Shown here: piece after piece, positions 10,129-19,669 of the stretch | How the letters are laid out: each line of letters opens with the position of its first letter | Numbering within the stretch: position 1 is the stretch's first letter | DNA from: Candidatus Iainarchaeum sp. | GTDB lineage: Archaea > Iainarchaeota > Iainarchaeia > Iainarchaeales > JAZDFD01 | Length of the DNA stretch: 64,000 nucleotides | Assembly (NCBI GenBank): GCA_043808155.1 | Contig: JAZDFD010000028.1 | Span: forward strand, 6,697-70,696 | Direction: 5' to 3' | The notes under the pieces: generated by a model | The model's input: only the letters and a program-made list of their open reading frames with translations | Told to the model about the DNA's origin: nothing | Database searches by the model: none | Position numbers and translations under genes: made by a program

Positions 10129-10194
10129 TGTGCGAACACAAAGTGTGAGCACGTCCAACCTTGTGTTGGACACAAGCTCGAGGATTGAGCCTCG
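10129..10194 (+). repeat. Palindromic element (type B core CAAGCTCGAGGATTGAGCCTCG) immediately 5' of tRNA-Asp
   Basis: 22-nt core identical at 10173, 19894 and 53420; hairpins GTGC-GA-ACAC-AAA-GTGT-GA-GCAC and GTCCAAC/GTTGGAC. Confidence 0.85.
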
Positions 10195-10195
10195 T

Positions 10196-10267
10196 GCCCT
10201 TGTAGTCTAGTGGTTAGGATGCTGCCCTGTCGAGGCGGCGACCCGGGTCCGAATCCCGGCGGGGGCG
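10196..10267 (+). tRNA. tRNA-Asp (GTC)
   Basis: Cloverleaf: acceptor GCCCTTG/CGGGGGC, anticodon arm CTGCC-CTGTCGA-GGCGG, T arm CCGGG-TCCGAAT-CCCGG, discriminator G. Confidence 0.93.
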
Positions 10268-10386
10268 TATAGTGCTGCCGAAGGTGCACGGATTGCCAAC
10301 GAATCCTTTCGTTGCGGCGGGGGCGTATAGTGCTGCCGAAGGTGCACGGATCTCCACCGGATCTTTCCGGTGTGACGGGGGCGCCA
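10268..10386 (+). repeat. Two tandem 58-bp hairpin units, each ending in a copy of the tRNA 3' end; CCA follows the last copy
   Basis: TATAGTGCTGCCGAAGGTGCACGGAT at 10268 and 10326; CGGGGGCG at 10260, 10318 and 10376; CCA at 10384. Confidence 0.9.
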
Positions 10387-10460
10387 GCATGTTTGGAAGA
10401 ATGACTAAAAGGAAATATTTATTAGTAGAAAAAACATTATTTTAAGAATGAGGTGATTTT

Positions 10461-10985
10461 ATGAAAAGATTTTTGATTGTTTTGATGTTGCTGATGCTTT
10501 CAACAACTGTGTTGGCTGCACAGCAGGGAAATCATAATGGAAATATGCTAAATGTTGGAATTGAATATAAAAATTTCAACGGATTTATGGATTATTCACA
10601 TTTAGGATTGGGCAATTTGCCAATATATTATATTGGACAGAATATGAATTATAGTATTTCAATAGAAAATGGTAAGAACAACAAGTACAATCATTTAGTG
10701 ATGTTAGTAACGCACAGAGAATATGAGTCTAAGGCGTTGCAGCCAAATTCTGAAATAGATGAATTTTCAGGGTTGCCTTACCACAATAGAATCTATCTTG
10801 AAGATTTTAGAACTTCGGAGAAATTTGATTTAAGTTATTGGGTTCCATCTAATGCAACTCCTGGTGCAGGGCAGACAGATGTTATAATTTACAGAGCATA
10901 TGATTGGACTAGCGATAATGAAGGAAATGAATGGAGTTATGGACGGATTATTCTCGAGAGAACATTGGGTTATTTTTGTCCTTAA
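10461..10985 (+). CDS. Secreted hypothetical protein
   Basis: GAGGTGA RBS; signal peptide MKRFLIVLMLLMLSTTVLA. Confidence 0.7.
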   Translation: MKRFLIVLMLLMLSTTVLAAQQGNHNGNMLNVGIEYKNFNGFMDYSHLGLGNLPIYYIGQNMNYSISIENGKNNKYNHLVMLVTHREYESKALQPNSEIDEFSGLPYHNRIYLEDFRTSEKFDLSYWVPSNATPGAGQTDVIIYRAYDWTSDNEGNEWSYGRIILERTLGYFCP

Positions 10986-11064
10986 AGGGAATTAAGCAGA
11001 TTTAATTCCGCTTTTCGATTATTTTTGAGTCTCATTCTTAAATATTTTTAAGTTTATTTAATAC

Positions 11065-12273
11065 GTGAAAAATATGAAAATCCCAGCAGCAAAAAGAACT
11101 GAGAAACTGACTCATGCAATAAGGGATGTTGTTACTTTAGCACAGGAAGAGGAAAAGAAAGGAAAGAAAATTCTCTATCTGAATATTGGGGATCCTAATG
11201 TATATGATTATGAAACCCCTAAGCATATTGTAGATGCTATTTTTAAAAATGAAAAAACGCATGAAGGTTATTCACACGCATTAGGAGAATTAAGTGCAAG
11301 AGAAGCAGTTTTCAGAGAATGCGAAAGAAACGGAATTAAAAATCTGGAATTAGATGACATAGTTTTAACTGTCGGCGGGAGTGAAGGGATTAATTTTGTG
11401 CTTAGTGCATTGCTGAATTCAAATGATGATATTTTGATTCCGAGTCCGGGTTATTCATTATACAATGCAGTTTTGAGATTGATTGGTTGTGAGGAAAATT
11501 CATATTATTTAGATGAAGAAAACAACTGGCAAATTGATGTTGATGAATTAAAGAAAAGAAAAACAGAAAATACAAAAGCAATTGCAATTATAAATCCAAA
11601 CAATCCAACTGGCGGGGTTTATTCAAAAAAAACACTGGAAGAAATAATTGATTTTGCAAATGATAATGATTTAGTAATTGTGAGTGATGAAACTTATGAT
11701 AAACTGATTTTTGATGGAATGAAACACAATTATTTAGGGAGTATGACAACAGATGTGCCTGTGATTACATTGGGCTCACTAAGCAAAAATTATTTGATGC
11801 CTGGTTACAGAGCAGGTTGGATTGCATTTTCTGCACCTGAAAATAGATTGAGCGAAGTAAATGAAGCAGTGAAAAAATTATGCAAATGCAGACTTTCAAA
11901 TGTTAATCCAGTCCAGCCAGCGTATAAAGCAGCTTACGAGGGTCCCCAGGAACATCTGAAAGATTTGGTTGAAAAACTGCAGAAGCGAAGAGACATAGCA
12001 TATAAGAGATTAAATGAAATTGAAGGACTTTCATGCATTAAACCGCAAGGCGCATTTTATGCTTTTCCAAAAATTGAAGTCCCTGTGAAATCAGATAAAG
12101 ACTTTGTTTTGGATTTGTTAAGAACAAAAGGCGTGCTTACTGTTTTTGGTGCAGGTTTTGGGCAGAAAGAAGGAACAAATCATTTCAGAATTGTTTTTTT
12201 ACCGAATGAAGAAATTCTTTCAAGTGCATTTGATAAAATTGAAGAATTTATTAAAGAAAAGTATTTGAAGTGA
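11065..12273 (+). CDS. PLP-dependent class I/II aminotransferase (alanine aminotransferase-like)
   Basis: LNIGDP, INPNNPTG, SDETY, SLSKNYLMPGYRAGW. Confidence 0.9.
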   Translation: MKNMKIPAAKRTEKLTHAIRDVVTLAQEEEKKGKKILYLNIGDPNVYDYETPKHIVDAIFKNEKTHEGYSHALGELSAREAVFRECERNGIKNLELDDIVLTVGGSEGINFVLSALLNSNDDILIPSPGYSLYNAVLRLIGCEENSYYLDEENNWQIDVDELKKRKTENTKAIAIINPNNPTGGVYSKKTLEEIIDFANDNDLVIVSDETYDKLIFDGMKHNYLGSMTTDVPVITLGSLSKNYLMPGYRAGWIAFSAPENRLSEVNEAVKKLCKCRLSNVNPVQPAYKAAYEGPQEHLKDLVEKLQKRRDIAYKRLNEIEGLSCIKPQGAFYAFPKIEVPVKSDKDFVLDLLRTKGVLTVFGAGFGQKEGTNHFRIVFLPNEEILSSAFDKIEEFIKEKYLK

Positions 12274-12309
12274 GTTTTGAAAAGATAGGGGCAAAAGCCA
12301 AAATGGATT

Positions 12310-13887
12310 TCAAAGATGAATTCCTGCATCTGAAATGTCTTTTGGAATGCATTTCATTTCAGTAAATCTTTTTTCAAAAAGTGCAGCTAATTTTTTTGCC
12401 TGTGAAATATATGCATCTTTATCTTTCCAGAGGTTTTCTGGATTGAGATAGTCGTCAGGTACGTTGGGGCAATGGGTTGGCATTTCAAGATTGAATATTT
12501 TATGGGTAGTGTATTCTGCATTATTTAGTTTTCCTGATGTTGCAGCATTAACCATTGCACGCGAGTAATCAATATCAATTCTTGAACCAACACCAGCGGG
12601 ACCATAACCCCAGCCAGTGTTAATCATAAACACAGATGTATTATGAGTGTCTAATTTCTGTTTTAATAATTCAAGATACTTTGAGTGTTTTGCAGGCATA
12701 AAAGGTTCGCCAAAGAAAACTGAAAAAGTGGGAACTGGTTCATTTATTCCTCGTTCAGTTCCTGCAAGTTTGCTTGTGTAACCAGCTGCAAAGAAATAAA
12801 GTGCCTGTTGTTTTGAAAGCTTTGAAATGAAAGGCATTACTCCAAATGCATCCGCAGTTAAAAAAATTATTGTTTTGGGATGACCTGAAACACCAGAAAG
12901 TTTCATTGAGGGAATGTGTGTTAAAGGATAAGCTGCACGTGAGTTTTCTGTGATGGAAGCATCATCATAATCATAAGAACTGTCTTCACGCATTACTGCA
13001 TTTTCAACTAATGTTCCGTGTTTTATTGCATCCCAAATTTGAGGTTCTTTTTCTTTATTTAATTTGATGCACTTTGCATAACACCCTCCTTCAAAATTAA
13101 AAACTCCAATATCACTCCATCCGTGTTCGTCGTCCCCTACTAATACACGTGAAGGGTCATTTGAAAGTGTTGTTTTTCCTGTTCCTGAAAGACCAAAGAA
13201 AAGCGCAGAGTTTCCTTCTGAATCTTCATTTGCAGAACAATGCATTGGAAGAACATCTTTAAATGTGAGAATATAATTCATAACCGTGAAAATTGATTTT
13301 TTTATTTCACCAATGTATTTTGTGCTTCCAATAAGAACAATTTTCTTTTCAAAATTCAAAATAATAAATGCTTCTGAATTTGTTCCGTCAAGTTCTGGAA
13401 CTGCTTTCAGAGAAGGTGCACTTAAAACAGTATAATCAGGAATGTGGTTTTCTAATTCTTCTTTTGATGGACGTATGAATAAATTATTGCTTGCAAGTGC
13501 CTGCGATGCTAATTCAGAAACAACTCTCAATTTCAAAGAGTAGTTTTTATCTGCACCAACTGAACCATCAAAAATGAAAAGTTCATCTTTTTCATTTAAA
13601 TGTGAAATTGTTTTTTTGTAAAGTTTATCAAAAGTTTCTGTGCTTATTGGTTTATTGGCTGAGTTCCATTCAACATATGATTTTACAGACTCTGACTCAA
13701 CAATAAATCTGTCATTCGGAGAACGGCCAGTGTAAGGTGAAGTGTTTACTGATAGAGATTTATTTTTTGCAATCACGCCTTCTTTTCTTTCAACTGCTTT
13801 TTCAATAAGTTCTTCAACACTGAGATTTCTGTGTATTTTTCCTTTTGGGATTATTCCAATTTTTTCAAGATTAAAAGTTTCAGACAT
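12310..13887 (-). CDS. pckA: Phosphoenolpyruvate carboxykinase (ATP)
   Basis: TGRSP, MHCSAN, FFGLSGTGKTTLS, GDDEHGW, NFEGGCYAK. Confidence 0.96.
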   Translation of the reverse strand: MSETFNLEKIGIIPKGKIHRNLSVEELIEKAVERKEGVIAKNKSLSVNTSPYTGRSPNDRFIVESESVKSYVEWNSANKPISTETFDKLYKKTISHLNEKDELFIFDGSVGADKNYSLKLRVVSELASQALASNNLFIRPSKEELENHIPDYTVLSAPSLKAVPELDGTNSEAFIILNFEKKIVLIGSTKYIGEIKKSIFTVMNYILTFKDVLPMHCSANEDSEGNSALFFGLSGTGKTTLSNDPSRVLVGDDEHGWSDIGVFNFEGGCYAKCIKLNKEKEPQIWDAIKHGTLVENAVMREDSSYDYDDASITENSRAAYPLTHIPSMKLSGVSGHPKTIIFLTADAFGVMPFISKLSKQQALYFFAAGYTSKLAGTERGINEPVPTFSVFFGEPFMPAKHSKYLELLKQKLDTHNTSVFMINTGWGYGPAGVGSRIDIDYSRAMVNAATSGKLNNAEYTTHKIFNLEMPTHCPNVPDDYLNPENLWKDKDAYISQAKKLAALFEKRFTEMKCIPKDISDAGIHL

Positions 13888-14023
13888 TATATTTCACTCT
13901 AAATATTGATATAATGAAAATATTAAAAGCTTAAAGGGAAATGCCTTGATAATCTTTAATTGTCTAAATAGTCTCAAATCTTCTTTTGGAAATGTTTAAA
14001 TATCAAAAAACCCTACTTCTGAT

Positions 14024-14806
14024 ATGAAAAAGTTATTTGTTTTAGCATCGCTCATAGCACTTCTAATTTTAGCAGGGTGTACTGAACCTTCAATTCCTAG
14101 TGAGTCTGACCCGAATTCAGATGAAAATTTAAATGCTGACTCAGATAGTGATGCAAACGAAGAAGCAGATAATTGTGCAGAAGTAACTTGTGATGATTAT
14201 TGCGATGGTAATGCACGTTATCATGATGCGTATTGTGATGATGGAGAATGTGTAATGTATGTTGCTACAGTGTGTCCTTTTGGTTGCCATCAGAATGGAA
14301 GTACTAAATGTAAAGAACCCCCTGTAGGAGTAATTTTTATCTCAAGTGAAAAGTGGTTTGGCAATTTAGACGGACTTTCGGGAGCAGACTCAAAATGCCA
14401 GAATGCTGCAAATAATGCTGAGCATACAGGAACATGGAAAGCCTTAATCAGCACTTCAACTGTCAATGCAAAAGACAGAATTCCCGATACTGTTTTCTAT
14501 TTAATTGATGGGACAATTATTGCAAACAGCAAAGCAGATTTGTTTGATGGTACGATTCAAAACCAACTAGAATTGGATGAATATGGGTTTAGCCAATACC
14601 CTGCGCCTGTCTTTACAGGAACTGATGATGATGGTACTGTAAAGGAAGATCAAGGAATTACAAAGACTTGTGGTGATTGGACTGTTGCCTCGGGAGATGG
14701 GGGGATTGGTGTAGGTACTACTAATACTACTTCATGGATAGATTCGGGGTATTTTAATAGCTGCGGACATGAGCAACGAAGCTTGTACTGTGTCAGAACT
14801 GCTTAA
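14024..14806 (+). CDS. Lipoprotein with Cys-rich segment and DUF1554/endostatin-like domain
   Basis: LAGC lipobox; GNLDGLSGADSKCQ...WKALIS...CGDWT...LYCV pattern. Confidence 0.7.
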   Translation: MKKLFVLASLIALLILAGCTEPSIPSESDPNSDENLNADSDSDANEEADNCAEVTCDDYCDGNARYHDAYCDDGECVMYVATVCPFGCHQNGSTKCKEPPVGVIFISSEKWFGNLDGLSGADSKCQNAANNAEHTGTWKALISTSTVNAKDRIPDTVFYLIDGTIIANSKADLFDGTIQNQLELDEYGFSQYPAPVFTGTDDDGTVKEDQGITKTCGDWTVASGDGGIGVGTTNTTSWIDSGYFNSCGHEQRSLYCVRTA

Positions 14807-14891
14807 TGTAAATTAGGGGATTTCCTAACTAAAAGAAACGCTTTAAAATGATTAAAAGCGTATAATTAGTATCTTGTGAGGTGAGATTTTT

Positions 14892-17009
14892 ATGAAACAT
14901 GAAAAAGGATTTTCTGGGATGGATATCGCAATTATGGCTATTGCAGGTCTTTTGATTGCAGCTGGACTTATTGCAGTTGTTGCAATTCCGGGACCAATTG
15001 ACAACACATTTGAGTTTTCAGATGTTCCTAAATTTGAATCATGCAGTGCAATAAAAACTGCATTTGAGGATGCGCAAGATCAGGGCTACCGCGGTTATGG
15101 CGGAGAAATGATGCTTGATATGATGGTGCCTACAATGAGTGCAACATCTGAAAAATCTTTTGCAGAAAGTGCAGACAGTGCAGGTAGTAATGGTGCAAGT
15201 GCAACTCCAAATTATTCTGAAACAAATGTTCAGGTTCAGGGAGTTGATGAAGCAGATATTGTGAAAACTGACGGAAAATATATTTACACAATTACAAGAA
15301 ATAAATTAACAATTTCAAAAGCATATCCTGCAGAAGATGCAGAAGTTCTTTCAGTAACTGATTTGAAAAATTTAACACCAAATGAAATGTTCATAGAAGA
15401 TGATGTTGTTCTTGTGTTTGGAAGTTACTATGACGAAGTAAGAACTTTTGAACAGGGTCAAACTGGTGTCACATCAAAGGAGTCACAGCCAGGTGTTGCA
15501 ACAAGTGAAATGGCTATTGCACCGGACATGATGCCGTATCCATATTACAACAGAAATCTTACAAGATTGCAGTTGTGGGATATTTCAGACAGAGAAAATC
15601 CTAAATTAGAAAGAACTGTTGATTTTGAAGGAAGTTATTTAACCTCAAGAAAAATAGATGACATTGCATACTTTGTAATCAATACATATCCAAGTTACTA
15701 TTATGGAATGGCAGAAACAGCAGATGATGAAACAATACTTCCTGTTTTCAGAGACACTAAACAATCAGATGAATTTACTGCAGTTTCACGATGTGTTGAT
15801 GTTGGTTATTTGCAGCCAATACAACCAAACAACTTTGTAACTGTTGGTTCAATTTCAATGAAAGATTTAGATAAAGAAGTTAAGAAAGAAACTGTTGTTG
15901 CATCAGGACAGAATGTTTATGCATCAGCAAATAATCTTTACTTAGCAGAAGTTGACTATCAATATCCTGAACCAATACCACTAGTAGACGACATAATGCC
16001 AGTGCAAAGATGGGAAGTTAAACAAGTAACTAATGTTCACAAATTTGCACTAAAAAATGGTTCAATTGCATACCAGGGAATGGGTTCAGCGCCAGGAAAT
16101 ATTCTGAATCAGTTCTCAATGGATGAATATGATGACCATTTCAGAATTGCAACAACAATAGGAAATGTTTCAAGAGCAGGAGGGGGTTCAGCAAACAACA
16201 TATATGTGTTTGATGATGAAATGAACCGTGTAGGTGCACTGGAAGACTTAGCCCCGGGTGAAGAAATTTACTCAATGAGGTTTATGGGTAAGAAAGGATA
16301 TATGGTTACATTCAAAAAAATAGATCCTTTATTTGTGATTGATTTAAGCGACCATACAAATCCCAAAGTTCTGGGAAAACTGAAGATTCCTGGTTATTCA
16401 GATTACCTGCACCCTTTTGATGAAACACACATAATTGGAGTTGGGAAAGCCGCAGTTGAAGCAGAAGGTGAGTGGGGCGACTTTGCATGGTATCAGGGCA
16501 TAAAAATAGCATTATTTGACGTAAGTGATGTTGAAAACCCGAAAGAAATGTACCAGATAGTAATTGGCGACAGAGGAACAGATTCATATGCACTAAATGA
16601 CCACAAAGCATTCCTATTTGACAGAGAAAAGGAACTTTTGGTTTTGCCAATCACATTAGCAGAAATAAACGAAGCACAATATGGCAATGAAATACCTGAT
16701 AGTGCATACGGGGACTTTGTGTATCAGGGGGCATATGTGTATAAATTGTCACTTGAAGACGGATTTGAGTTAATAGGCAGAATAACACACTATGATGACG
16801 AAGATATCTTCAAAAAATCAGGTTATTACTACTATGGCGAGGACTATTCTGTGAAAAGGTCATTGTATATCGGTGATGTGCTGTACACTGTTTCAGATGC
16901 CAAAATCCTTGCAAACAACCTTAGTGATTTAGATTTGATTAAAGAACTGAGACTTTTAAGTGCAGATGAATTAAACACTAATGAATACAATACTGTTTAC
17001 TGGGAATAA
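14892..17009 (+). CDS. Membrane-anchored beta-propeller domain protein (Beta_propel family)
   Basis: N-terminal TM; YSETNVQVQGVDEADIVKTDG, LNQFSMDE, VTFKKIDPLFVIDL, LKIPGYSDYLHP. Confidence 0.88.
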   Translation: MKHEKGFSGMDIAIMAIAGLLIAAGLIAVVAIPGPIDNTFEFSDVPKFESCSAIKTAFEDAQDQGYRGYGGEMMLDMMVPTMSATSEKSFAESADSAGSNGASATPNYSETNVQVQGVDEADIVKTDGKYIYTITRNKLTISKAYPAEDAEVLSVTDLKNLTPNEMFIEDDVVLVFGSYYDEVRTFEQGQTGVTSKESQPGVATSEMAIAPDMMPYPYYNRNLTRLQLWDISDRENPKLERTVDFEGSYLTSRKIDDIAYFVINTYPSYYYGMAETADDETILPVFRDTKQSDEFTAVSRCVDVGYLQPIQPNNFVTVGSISMKDLDKEVKKETVVASGQNVYASANNLYLAEVDYQYPEPIPLVDDIMPVQRWEVKQVTNVHKFALKNGSIAYQGMGSAPGNILNQFSMDEYDDHFRIATTIGNVSRAGGGSANNIYVFDDEMNRVGALEDLAPGEEIYSMRFMGKKGYMVTFKKIDPLFVIDLSDHTNPKVLGKLKIPGYSDYLHPFDETHIIGVGKAAVEAEGEWGDFAWYQGIKIALFDVSDVENPKEMYQIVIGDRGTDSYALNDHKAFLFDREKELLVLPITLAEINEAQYGNEIPDSAYGDFVYQGAYVYKLSLEDGFELIGRITHYDDEDIFKKSGYYYYGEDYSVKRSLYIGDVLYTVSDAKILANNLSDLDLIKELRLLSADELNTNEYNTVYWE

Positions 17010-17030
17010 TCCCAGTACTTTTTATTTTTT
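16998..17030 (+). terminator. Hairpin plus T-tract terminator
   Basis: TACTGGGA-ATAA-TCCCAGTA followed by CTTTTTATTTTTT. Confidence 0.6.
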
Positions 17031-17122
17031 AGGCTTTTTTTTCTGTTTTAAGCATAACGAATAAATAATATTTGTTACACAACATAGTATAATTTAAAAA
17101 GTAATTATGTTATGGTGTTAAA

Positions 17123-17365
17123 ATGGGATTAAGAGATTTTGTTCGGTCAGCAGTGAAAAATACGCCTCCAAGAATTGTCAATACTACACAGGGTATGACA
17201 AAAATGATTGGAGATGACAATCAACCAACAGGCAGTCTGGCATCAGCTAAAAATACAAGCTGGGAAGAGTGCAAACATCTGAAAAAAACAACTAATCACA
17301 GCCTCTGTACCAAGTTCTCTGCTTTTTGCGCAAAAGAAAGATGCCCAAAAAAATACATGAGATAG
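17123..17365 (+). CDS. Small hypothetical protein with four C-terminal Cys
   Basis: GGTG RBS; ECKHL...LCTKFSAFCAKERCP. Confidence 0.6.
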   Translation: MGLRDFVRSAVKNTPPRIVNTTQGMTKMIGDDNQPTGSLASAKNTSWEECKHLKKTTNHSLCTKFSAFCAKERCPKKYMR

Positions 17366-17372
17366 TGATTTT

Positions 17373-17765
17373 ATGCCTTATATTGACTCAATGATCTTCA
17401 AAAAAAAAGGTGTCAAAAGAAGCCTTAAACTTATTCTTGAGGAAAATGAAAATATTCTCACATGCATTAAGCAGGGGATGAAAGAACATAATTTGTCAGA
17501 AGTGCAAATTCTCAGTATGACTGGAAAGATAAAAGAAGGCATTATGAGTTATCTAAATGGTTCTAAATATGTGGTTTATAATTTTGATAACAATGATGTT
17601 ATGCTCGCGGGGGGGCAATACAAACTTTCATTTGGGGAACTTTTTGGAAGCCTTAGAATCACTGTAAAAGAAAACAAAATACCGATAAATGGTGTTTTCT
17701 CAAAAGGCAAGGCAGCAGAAGGTTTGGAAATAAACCTGGAATTTACAGAATTTGTTGACCAATAG
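17373..17765 (+). CDS. PPC/DUF296-like protein
   Basis: ENILTCI...ILSMTGKIKE pattern and size resemble a PPC domain; the usual His motifs are degenerate. Confidence 0.5.
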   Translation: MPYIDSMIFKKKGVKRSLKLILEENENILTCIKQGMKEHNLSEVQILSMTGKIKEGIMSYLNGSKYVVYNFDNNDVMLAGGQYKLSFGELFGSLRITVKENKIPINGVFSKGKAAEGLEINLEFTEFVDQ

Positions 17766-17805
17766 AACAGGCTCTTTTTTATATTAGAAAAGTATAATAT
17801 TAGCG

Positions 17806-18459
17806 ATGATTGCTACAGGAATTCCGGAATTAGATGCGATTATAAATCAAATTTTTCCCTATATAGAAGCAAATCTTTTGACAGTGGTAACACAGACAAT
17901 TGCGATTGTAATTTACGGAGTTGCAATTTTTCATTTTTACAGATTTGTTGCAAGAAAAGATGTATTCGGGTTTGACATGACTGATTATCTGCAGGGTCAG
18001 AAAGCATTTCTTTCAAAAATAACAGATACTTTCGCTGGTGCAATTTCATATGGTTTGGTTTTTCCGTTATTTGTTTTCTTGTGGTTTATGGGATTTGCAA
18101 TTTTATTGTTTTTTCTTACAAGAACAACAGACATACCGCAGATTCTTTTGATTTCAATTGCAATTGTTTCTGCAATTAGAATTACAGCATATTATAGTGA
18201 AGATCTTTCAAAAGATCTTGCAAAAATGCTGCCGTTTGCATTATTAGCAATTGCGATTGTTGAGCCTTCATTTTTCACAACTGCAACATCATTAGCAAAT
18301 GTAATGAATTTCCAAAATCACATTCCACAAATAATTGGATTTGCAGTAATTGTGATTCTTTTAGAATGGACACTTAGAATTTTTGTATTTGTCAAAAGAG
18401 CATTGTTTGGTGTTGAAATTAAAAAAGAAAAACTTGAAGCTGAAGGACTTGAAGCTTAA
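17806..18459 (+). CDS. Membrane protein, function unknown
   Basis: 5 TM segments; AIRITAYYSEDLSKDLAKMLP. Confidence 0.7.
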   Translation: MIATGIPELDAIINQIFPYIEANLLTVVTQTIAIVIYGVAIFHFYRFVARKDVFGFDMTDYLQGQKAFLSKITDTFAGAISYGLVFPLFVFLWFMGFAILLFFLTRTTDIPQILLISIAIVSAIRITAYYSEDLSKDLAKMLPFALLAIAIVEPSFFTTATSLANVMNFQNHIPQIIGFAVIVILLEWTLRIFVFVKRALFGVEIKKEKLEAEGLEA

Positions 18460-18494
18460 TTTAGTCTCTAATTATATATAATGTATATAAAAGA

Positions 18495-18538
18495 AATATA
18501 ACTGATGAATATAACTAATATAACTGATGAATATAACT
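18495..18538. repeat. 22-bp tandem duplication AATATAACTGATGAATATAACT x2
   Basis: Exact repeat between convergent genes. Confidence 0.85.
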
Positions 18539-18576
18539 AATAGAAAATACGCTGAAATTGAGTCCGCTACCTTAAT

Positions 18577-19662
18577 TCATTTCTTCAGTTCAATTGTCTG
18601 GGTCGGGAATGCGAAACTAATTTTTGCTTTTTCAAAGCGTTCTTTGATTTCTAAATTCACATCATTAATAGTTTGTGTTATTTTGCCCCAGTCTCTTTCT
18701 TCAATCCAGTAAAATACATCAATGTTTAATGAAAAGTCTGCAAATTCTTTGAAATAAATGATGGGATTTTCTGTTATGTTTTTATGTGATGCAAGAATTT
18801 CTTTCAGAATCTTTAATGCTTCTTTTTGTTTTGCAACAGTAGTATCATAAGTTGTTCCAAGAGTCACTGTAACTTTTCTTGCAGGTTCTGAAGAAACATT
18901 TGTAATTGCAGTTGATGCAACTTTTGCATTAGGAATTGTAATTAAGCGCCCATCTAAACTTCTGATTCTTGTGTTTCTTAAACCAACTTCTTCAACCACG
19001 CCGTCGAGACCGTCGAATTTCACGCGGTCACCTGTAACAAAAGGCTTTCCTGTGAAAATTGAAAAACCACCAAAGATATCAGATAATGTTTGCTGTGCTG
19101 CAAATGCTAATGCCAAACCACCAATACCGAGACCTGCAATTATTGCAGTAATGTCCTGGCCAACGTGGCCAAGAATTGCAAGCAGTGTTAAACCAATAAT
19201 AACTATTTTCAGGACTTTTGAAATTATCGGCATTAGCTGGTCGTCAAGTTTTGAATCTGTTTTGGAAACAATTGGTTTTATTATTTGCTCAAGAAAATGG
19301 TCAACTGCTTTTACTGCAGTGTATGCAACTGCAAGCAGTATAAGAATGTAAGTTATATTATCAAAAAGTCCGAGAATTGCAACATCCGTAATTGCAAGGA
19401 ATGCGAATGCAATCTGCAAACCGACAATAATGAAAATAAAAACAATTGGTTCTTCAACAATGTCTAAAATTAAATCATCAATATTTGATTTACTTTTTGC
19501 AGTTATTTGTCGACCCACGGTCTGAGCGAGTTTGTATATTATTTTTCCGACAATGAAAAACAAAATCATTGTTCCAATGAACAATAAATATCGGGATAGA
19601 GGAATCCCATAGAACATCTGGGGGAACATTGGATCCACAATTGATGTAAATATATCGAACAT
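18577..19662 (-). CDS. mscS: Small-conductance mechanosensitive channel
   Basis: GLGIGGLALAFAAQ, KPFVTGD, VEEVGLRNTRIR, ITIPN, AFPTQ. Confidence 0.93.
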   Translation of the reverse strand: MFDIFTSIVDPMFPQMFYGIPLSRYLLFIGTMILFFIVGKIIYKLAQTVGRQITAKSKSNIDDLILDIVEEPIVFIFIIVGLQIAFAFLAITDVAILGLFDNITYILILLAVAYTAVKAVDHFLEQIIKPIVSKTDSKLDDQLMPIISKVLKIVIIGLTLLAILGHVGQDITAIIAGLGIGGLALAFAAQQTLSDIFGGFSIFTGKPFVTGDRVKFDGLDGVVEEVGLRNTRIRSLDGRLITIPNAKVASTAITNVSSEPARKVTVTLGTTYDTTVAKQKEALKILKEILASHKNITENPIIYFKEFADFSLNIDVFYWIEERDWGKITQTINDVNLEIKERFEKAKISFAFPTQTIELKK

Positions 19663-19669
19663 AACTCAA

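Noticed and set aside
9996-10289. 97-aa minus-strand ORF
   Set aside because: Antisense to tRNA-Asp and a repeat element; open because of local GC richness.
10260-10383. attL/attR of an integrated virus or island at tRNA-Asp
   Set aside because: The duplicated ends are only 8-10 bp and 58 bp apart, and there is no integrase in the window.
10258-10386. Mini CRISPR array (36-bp repeat with 22-bp spacers)
   Set aside because: Only two full repeats, the spacers are homologous covarying hairpins, the repeat contains the tRNA 3' end, and no cas genes are in the window.
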